A stretch of DNA of 63,694 nt, counting the filler, from Platydemus manokwari (taxonomy: Eukaryota), in NCBI GenBank assembly GCA_037951405.1. It is 6 parts of 6 records of this genome, joined end to end, with 100 filler letters (N's around TTAATTAATTAA, not from the genome) between each part and the next. Parts side by side here need not be neighbours in the genome. Positions count along the whole stretch, not along the records: positions 52,472 to 63,694 come from JBBMOY010831089.1; 5 more parts are not named here. One strand, written 5' to 3'. Position numbers and translations under genes: made by a program. Under the pieces are notes generated by a model, which was not told the DNA's origin, did not search any database, and saw only the letters and a program-made list of their open reading frames with translations. Positions 55,921-63,694 of the stretch are shown here, piece after piece (position 1 is the stretch's first letter; every line of letters begins with the position of its first letter).

Positions 55921-56099
55921 AACTGTAATAATATTTAAAAAGAAAAAAGAAAGAGTAATTTTGATGAAAACATATAACGAAAACGATTATATAATGATAT
56001 AATTTCTAACTTCAAGAATGGAGCTTAATAATGCTCTTATTACTAATATATATTTAAAATCAATAATACAATAATTTGAATTAGATAACTGTTATTAAA

Positions 56100-56690
56100 A
56101 TGCCACCTAAGCCTAATGTTAAACCTGATCGAAGAACTCAATATGAAATACAATTAGAGGGTGAATTGTCCAAGTTAACCAATTTGATTGATCTATTCAA
56201 GATAAAACTTACCTTTGCTCGAAACCTTATGGGAAAAGAAAAACTACGCATTAGCCTCTCAGAAGCTGAGTGTCTTAAAATTGTCGAAGAAATGAATGGA
56301 TTGAAATTTACATTAGAGGATGTCATATTTCGATTGAATATATTTGTCAAAGTTCTTCAAAATCATGCTCGAAATGAACTATTTAAAATGAGAAAGAATG
56401 TAGCGTTTGCTGAGAAACAACTTACTGATGCTAAAGCACTCATAAAATCTCAAAAGCACGAAATCGAAAAACTAAATGAAACTCTTGATCAAGAAAGAAA
56501 GGAGCATGCTTTGACTGTAAAGAAAATATGGATAACATCAAATAATGTCATACAAGAAAGTTTTGATAAATTGAAATCAAAGTGCTTCATGGACTTGGAA
56601 GCCTGGAATGCAAAAGCCACAATAATTCATGAAAACATTAAATCAATTTATAAACCAGCTAATGAATATTTATTATTTAATATATTATAG
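56100..56690 (+). CDS. Coiled-coil protein, CCDC153 (DRC12)-like, intronless
   Basis: MPPK start, heptad-rich body, and a C-terminus NVIQESFDKLKSK...WNAKATIIHENIK resembling the CCDC153 tail as I recall it (EILHDSLDRLLAKL...W...A..LH...K). Confidence 0.65.
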   Translation: MPPKPNVKPDRRTQYEIQLEGELSKLTNLIDLFKIKLTFARNLMGKEKLRISLSEAECLKIVEEMNGLKFTLEDVIFRLNIFVKVLQNHARNELFKMRKNVAFAEKQLTDAKALIKSQKHEIEKLNETLDQERKEHALTVKKIWITSNNVIQESFDKLKSKCFMDLEAWNAKATIIHENIKSIYKPANEYLLFNIL

Positions 56691-57865
56691 AAATATTCCA
56701 ACGCTATATTAAAATCGTGAAATATGATTTATACAAAATAGGTATAAAAATAAACAAGTTTTCATAATTAGAGTTAAATTTTATTTAGGCAGAAATAAAA
56801 AATTGTAAAACCAAATAAAGAAAAGATTGTACATTATTTAAGAAATAATAAAATTTGATCTTTATTCTTATTGATTTGCTTGAATATTATTATTGGGTTT
56901 ATCAAAATAACGAAGGTTGTTAAGTTATATTATTAACACGATTTGTCCTTTTCTCCACAAAACTACCTTGACACTAAGTCAAAAAGAAATACAATTTTAA
57001 TCAATTTTCATCTGACAATGGACCATATTTCCATTGTTATTTATACTTAAGATTTGCTTGTATTTTTCAATACGACATTTCAATTTAATTTTTTATTTTT
57101 CCATTTCTAATTGTGCTAACTGATTTTCTATAATCAGGATTGATCAATCCTCATATGTGTATTGCTTGGGGGTTTTGTAGTTTAACGAATTAGAATCTCC
57201 GACTTATGTCATCCCTGATTGGTCGGCTGCTAACTACGTACGGTGGTATGGGTATGTATGTATAAACATCGAAACAAGGGTTCCGAGATGCTAAAGTCGT
57301 ATTTTTTGTGTAAAATCAACTGCGAAACAATTAGTATAATTAATGACTTTTAAGTTACGTAATTATATTAAATCATATTAATCATTGTACAAAAATTTAT
57401 GTATAAAATTGAGAAATAGAAAATCTAACATGGAAATAGACAATGTTTTCGATTATTCTTTAGGATTTATTTAACTTTGAAATCTTTTTTATCTTAATCT
57501 ACATAGTTAGATAACAGTGTTATTATCTATAAGAAATGTCATGTTATTTTGTATGTTTTAATTATCTAGTGATTTGATCAATTGTTCATAAATATTTTTA
57601 CGTTTAAATTAGATATCAACTTCTTAGTTTAAAAAATTATTATCAATTATAAAAATAATATATTATTAGTTCAAAATTAAAAAAAAACTTACACAGAAAT
57701 ATTATTTTACAAATCACATCGATTTGATATTAATGAAGTAACAAAATATTTTATTAGTGAAATTAAATGACAATATTGAAACAAGCAAGCGTAATCCGAT
57801 AATCTTTTATATCAAAACTGAATCACAAGAACAAATTAATTTCTTTAATAATTCAAATAAATAGT

Positions 57866-59023
57866 TCATACATATAGTTTGTTGTATAAACAAATGATTA
57901 CTACTACCGTTATTAGCATTCCTAAACCCAGGAATCTATCGCAAAAAATCATTAATCGTGTATAAATTGCAATACTGGAAGGTGGGCCAGATTTCCATTG
58001 AGGAAGAAATAAAAATTGTTGAAGTCTTGATATTAAAAAACCATCGAATTTAACGAGTAAAGACTGGTCGTCTATCTTTGTTATCAAATCAAACTGACCA
58101 GTTGATTCAGCCAGGAACAACTTTTCAGCTGCATATCGTTCAATAAGATAATTGGAAACAATTGTCCAACCTAATCCAATCAGATTTACAATTGAGATGT
58201 AATGTAAAAGAAATACATAATTATTGCCTAGCCGTGGTTTCATTTTATAATCAAACCGTGTTTGAGCTGCTGACATGATAACAATAGAAAGCATTATAAT
58301 TATTAATATCATTCTATTTTTACTGGTAATTGGTAGTAAATATTGAACAAAAGTGAAAACAATCATTCCAACAATCGGTAAAAGAATGGCAGTTTCAAAG
58401 TCTATTTGAGGCTTATAAATGACATCCATTCTCATTATGTGAGCTGTTGCCTTCATGTTTTCATAAAAACTCAGTCGTCTTTTGTAAATGATTGGTTTTT
58501 CAATGACATAAAATTTGTTCTCAATATCAGCATATTGATATACGCATTTATCATTTGGACATGTAGTATTGGCTTTGATTGGCAAATAAATTACATCGTA
58601 ACAAAGGTATCGTTGTTGATCCTTAGAATACCATTTAAAACACGGGAATTTTACTTCATGGCGATGAAGTATATAAATGTAATTATTTTTCACGAAAATA
58701 TTTGAGTTGATAGAATTTCCAAATACATGGTAAGTAGGCAATTTTAGTCCACGATGTGATTTAAGACAAGAAACCTTATTTTCCGATTTTGAACAGTAAT
58801 TATCATTGGTGTAATTAATTTGTGTAAAAACCGATGCATGGAGACTGAATGATTCTTCGTCAAAATAGGTATTATATAAATAAAACGAAATAGAAATTTC
58901 AATCGGTTGATCATGGTTGTATGGAGGAATATTAGTAGCAAGATTCAATTGAGAGTTGGGATAAATATCTTGAGCGACAACTAAGCTGAATAAAGTTATT
59001 AACAATAACGACAAACCAAACAT
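57866..59023 (-). CDS. Highly divergent pentameric (Cys-loop) ligand-gated ion channel subunit, intronless, 385 aa
   Basis: Signal peptide; beta-rich ectodomain (PIEISISFYL, LKLPTY, CFKWYSKDQQRYLC); three clustered TM helices starting AILLPIVGMIVFTFVQYLLP; loop; final TM preceded by DR (IFCDRFLGL). Confidence 0.72.
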   Translation of the reverse strand: MFGLSLLLITLFSLVVAQDIYPNSQLNLATNIPPYNHDQPIEISISFYLYNTYFDEESFSLHASVFTQINYTNDNYCSKSENKVSCLKSHRGLKLPTYHVFGNSINSNIFVKNNYIYILHRHEVKFPCFKWYSKDQQRYLCYDVIYLPIKANTTCPNDKCVYQYADIENKFYVIEKPIIYKRRLSFYENMKATAHIMRMDVIYKPQIDFETAILLPIVGMIVFTFVQYLLPITSKNRMILIIIMLSIVIMSAAQTRFDYKMKPRLGNNYVFLLHYISIVNLIGLGWTIVSNYLIERYAAEKLFLAESTGQFDLITKIDDQSLLVKFDGFLISRLQQFLFLPQWKSGPPSSIAIYTRLMIFCDRFLGLGMLITVVVIICLYNKLYV

Positions 59024-60714
59024 TGCTTTATATAATTAACATTTGAAGGACATTACTTTTATAAGTGTCGTTCGGTGATTTATGTTAATGGCATGCAGAT
59101 GAAAATGCTAATGAGAAGTTAATCATTGATTTATATTAATCGAAACGAAATGGATAATATATTCGAACATGGTTTACTGATGCTTCCGTTATCAATTAAT
59201 AGTGATTTCAGAGAGAAAATAAATTTCAAAATTATTTACCAATGTACTTTCAGTCAAAATAATTTCAAAATTATAACTTAAATTGTTATTTTCAAATATT
59301 ATTCCAATATTACTCACAAATGGAGCTATAAATACCCAATAAGTGAAAATTTGATTCCATCAATATTAGCTATTTCATATCAATTGAAATTTGTTACAAA
59401 TAGATTCGGAACTAAAACGATGGAAATATTAATTCAAAGATTTTTCACCAGATTATATTGAATTTCAAGGAATAAATTTCATAATATTTAATTAATATTA
59501 AAAAAAATCCTTGGCTGCACAAAGAAATCGTACATGATAAGATTGGATAATCAATAATTCTCTGATTTCAAAATTCATTCAAATTCCATGAAGATGATTG
59601 GATTATTGAATGTTTTATTGAATCATTTAAGTGTAATGTTAATATCAATACGGATAACGCGGTAAATTAGAATTGGTGAATTCGATTTACTTCCAAATGG
59701 CGTTTATCATTTAATGATATTTTGAAATACAACATTTTGGAACACCATTATGCTAATATGCAATAATCATTAAATTATAATGACAAACAAAGATCAAATT
59801 GTCAGGACAAATCGTTCAAATAAATTTTTCATTGCAATTTTCTATCAACAAGCCAAAAATGAAGAAATTTATCACATAATGTAATGTATGAAGTTTCCAT
59901 GAACTGATTATGAGGTTGTGTATTGAAAATATGGACGAATAATGAATAATTCGAGCATATAAAACACAAATGAAAGAACTTGAATAGCTGTTTTTGTGAA
60001 AATTTCAACCAAATTAACAGTGAAACTGTCTCACCAATGCAACATAATCAATATAAAATAGCAGAATGATTATCGACTCAATCCCAATCAATAATATTGT
60101 TGAGAATGAATATAAATGTCAAATTTATTTTGTTTATGACAGATTTGAAATTTCGGATAAGAATAAAAATTCCACACGTAACAGATATGAAATATGAATA
60201 TATTTTTCACTGGACAACAAATGCACGATAACAACTGAAGATTTGTGGACTTCGACTGTCATGACAGATATTGAAATAGCCATGGAAACATAAAATAATC
60301 GATCAACAGTTAGAGAGAAAAAAAAATCTATCAACACCAAAAAACACATCGAAATGAAGGAACCAAATGAGGTAATATTTGGAAATACAATTTATATGAC
60401 ATGTAAAGATAATAAATCAACAAAACAAATTCATTGAAAACATTTTATTAAAAAATACAAACAAATTCAATTGTTAACTGTCATCAGATTTCGAGATTTA
60501 TTCAATAAGTTTTCCAATAAACAATACATATTCACCACAAATATTATTTATTTATAAACATAATTAATAATTATTATTCTCATATCTATATAAATTTGCA
60601 ATTCTTCCAGAATGAGAAATAACTGACAATCATAATTTTATACTATTAATAATATATTATGAACGATTGATAATATTGATTAATTTTCATAAATCACCGA
60701 ATAAACAAATCAGC

Positions 60715-61939
60715 TGATTATGATCATCGATTTCGTCCAATCCAGTGGAAACAATCGATCAATTGTTGCAATAGAAACACGGTTATTATCAAGCATATGT
60801 TCTTCATCAACTCATACCAATCATGATCTCCTTAAACAAATAATGATTCTCTTAATATTTATTTGTTTTGAAACATTTCCGCTTTTTGTGTTAAATAAAA
60901 ATATTATCAACATCTTCCGCATTTTATCGAATCCAAATTTGGTGAAAACTGTATGTTTTCTTATCGCAGCTTTATCTCTTTGCTAAAACATAAATTGAAA
61001 AGTCTTATCTGAAAGCAAGATCAATTTTTATTGTGACCCAAAATCATCAATTTCAGCAGAAAACCCAATCTGGAAGATTAATTTCGTCGTCTGTAATCAA
61101 CAATGTCCAGCCGTAATTTGTTCGCAAATCAAGTGCAGGCTTCCGGTGCGATTTTTCACGAGATTTTTTCATCGAACCTTGGTGAGATTTGCTTACTGAT
61201 TTTTCTGATATTTTATTTGTTGGTGAATTTTTCAACTGGGATTTTCTGTCTAATTTCTTATTATTTGATTTGTGTTCAGCCGGTTCATCCTCAGATTTAG
61301 TTAGTTCTGTTTCTTTTGAAAATTCATTTTTGTTGTCTAATTTCTCTGATTTTTCTTTGAAGCCTTCCACGTTTTCTTGGGTTATATTGACGGAATCCTT
61401 TATAACCCAATCTGGCTTTTCCGAAGAATTTATTTCTGACAGATTACTAACATTGTTAATTTTCTTGTTTCCATCAATATCTGATTCTCGGGAAAGTTTT
61501 CGTTTGCGTTCAGATGATTCGATTTTCTCATTATCCATTAAATTTGTTGCTTTTAGTAATTTCAAATTCGGAGAATTTTTAATCGAAATAGATTTATTTT
61601 CTGTTAAATCCTCTGACCGTTTTCTTACATAAGTGTACTTAGATTGATCATTCACTTTTTTATATCTACTATATTTAAAATCTTTTCTCGAAAATTGGTT
61701 ATAAGATCTGCTATTTTCATTTAGATAAATCTGATGTTCTGAACTACTAAAGATTTTTAGTGGGGTTAATCAAAGAAAAATAACTACTTATAAGAGTAAA
61801 TATTTTTATTTAATGTCCTCATACTATTTATATTAACATTTCTTTGATTGTACACTCTTGGTTGCTTGTTGGTCTTTCTTTCATAATTTCCACCAATTTC
61901 AACATTTTCATCGTTTGAACAAGAGTTAATATCTTGCAT
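60715..61939 (-). CDS. Uncharacterised protein with long K/E/S/N-rich disordered region; exon structure uncertain
   Basis: Open frame from ~61770 to 61053. Probable upstream exon from ATG 61939. Probable downstream exons (tttag|CAAAGAGAT... QRDKAAIRKHTVF, and VDEEHMLDNNRVSIATIDRLFPLDWTKSMIIIS*). Confidence 0.55.
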
Positions 61940-63694
61940 TATTCTAAAACATTAAATTGATAACTTTTATATAAAATTAAACTGTAAAGGCTATTCGTAA
62001 AATCATAATTTATTTTAGTAAAATTTCTCTTACTATTTTAAAATAACTGTTATATCATAATAAATAAACAAATTTATTTTAGTTAAAGTGAGTTAAACAA
62101 TATTGAAAAATGCTTACAATCATTTTACCAACTCAAGTAGGTTTTGTGAAAATGTTTTTTATAGTGTAAATTAAAAATGTTAATTGTTGATTTTCCGGAA
62201 AACAGAATAAGACTCCGGCTTTTATATCAAAGATGACTTTAAAGCTGTTATTTTTAAAGAAATAAAGTTGCAATCAATTTAGTCGTTGCAATTTTTGTTT
62301 GATAAATAATTTTTAATTGTTCGTTAATTTTAAATGCTAATTTAAGTTTATTTAAAAACTTACTTAGAATTTATTAAAGAAAATTGACAAAGTTTTAAGG
62401 ATAAGCCACTTATAACATGTTTAGTAAACCAAATTGGTAAATCTGAACCATATCATGTTGATAACAATTCTAAAATATTTGTTAGGTGAAATATTCTAAC
62501 AGGTAATATAATCATTAGTTGAGGTTTGTCATTGTAATAGTTTTACATAACTGATTATATAAATTCGGGTTTAATAGTGGAAGTTTATTCTCAGTCTTTA
62601 TATTTTTATTTTAAATAGAGATAGATTATTAATTAAATTACATAATCCAGTTGGGCTGACATTGTGATTCAACCATCATGGGAGAACCAACAATGGTTTT
62701 CAGCTTTTAATCCTAAGCACAATATTTTGTTTTTTAATTTTTTGCTAATTTTTTAAAATTATTAGAAATAGTGAGACTGAATTAAAACCTCAAAAAATAA
62801 CGTAATAAGAATTTTAGATTTTCCTGATGATGATATGCATGCTAAATGCAAAAATGACAGTCGATATTTTTATTAATATAATGTTGGTAATTTGCAAGTG
62901 GTTTATGATAAATATGCTCGTTGATTTCAAAAACTCACAGTTTTCTATATTTGGATAATTCCAATTTTGTTGTCTAAAAACTTTCTAGGACTGCAATAAT
63001 TAGGTAGTTTCAAGTATTCCATATTTGTTTATTTTCAAATTTAGTCGGCTTGACTAGTTCATTTAAGATGACAGTTTGTGTTTTTGTTTTACTTTATAGT
63101 TTTTAACAAGTGTTCATATAGTACAACTCGAATATTTGTAATTTTCGCTTTGTTGTTTGAACTTTATACGGTCATTGGTAGCTATTTCTTTGATTTAATT
63201 TAGTTAATTTATATTTCTGTCATTATTGTTGGGCCTGCCTGATGTAGAGAACAATTATTCAATTATTTACTGATATTACACTTTACTAACTTACTCGATA
63301 AAATCACACATGGTCCAAGCTCATGTAAAAGTTTATATAAAGTTATATAAAGCTGAGCTACTAGCCAAGATACTATACTAATGTTATATAAGGAAAAGTT
63401 TTGTACATGTTATGCCATTTTAGTACACAGCTTTGGTGCAATTACCTTTGTCTTGAGGAAATAGCTCTTTCGTCAATCACATCCTATGTTTCTGTCTTAA
63501 TATCTTCTGATTCAAAATGTTTTCAATTTTTTTTCTTATTGAATTTTTAACAGATCATCTTTATTTGACTGTCTCTATGCTTATATTATTTTGCTAGCAC
63601 AATTGGTAATATTGTTAGGGTTGATAAGTTTTATTATTCTATTATTGATCTCTGAGTTTTCCCAACTTATGAGCTTATACTTTTTAAACACCTG

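Noticed and set aside
59200-60400. Possible decayed paralog of the neighbouring Cys-loop gene
   Set aside because: Only short hydrophobic frames; I could not align them to the intact gene.
61103-61632. Plus-strand F/S/L-rich ORFs
   Set aside because: Antisense shadows of the K/E/N-rich minus-strand ORF.

Overview
This is AT-rich eukaryotic (animal) genomic DNA, not prokaryotic. The window is six separate contigs joined by five identical artificial 100-nt linkers (N44-TTAATTAATTAA-N44), so adjacency across linkers means nothing biologically. Genes have tiny introns (43-71 nt) and sit among heavily decayed transposon remnants: Ty3/gypsy, a full-length pogo/Tigger, Merlin, a hAT MITE and a satellite array. 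Genes I could reconstruct by hand are an F-type-lectin-fold protein, S-adenosylmethionine synthetase (5 exons), one RhoGEF (PLEKHG7-like) exon, a DDX5/DDX17 DEAD-box helicase, a spiralian-type (SPILE-like) TALE homeobox gene, an AQP11/12-type superaquaporin, a CCDC153-like coiled-coil protein and a very divergent Cys-loop channel. A reduced spiralian such as the orthonectid Intoshia is my inference, not a database result. The most interesting signal is the DDX5/17 locus. The coding sequence stops before helicase motifs V/VI, at a splice donor. It is followed on the sense strand by a possible stop-containing exon and two strongly base-paired RNA elements that share the same helix sequences in permuted order, a candidate autoregulatory structured-RNA system. 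Second is the MAT intron-2 acceptor, whose dual-AG layout resembles the nematode m6A/METTL16 SAM-sensing splice switch but with a variant motif.
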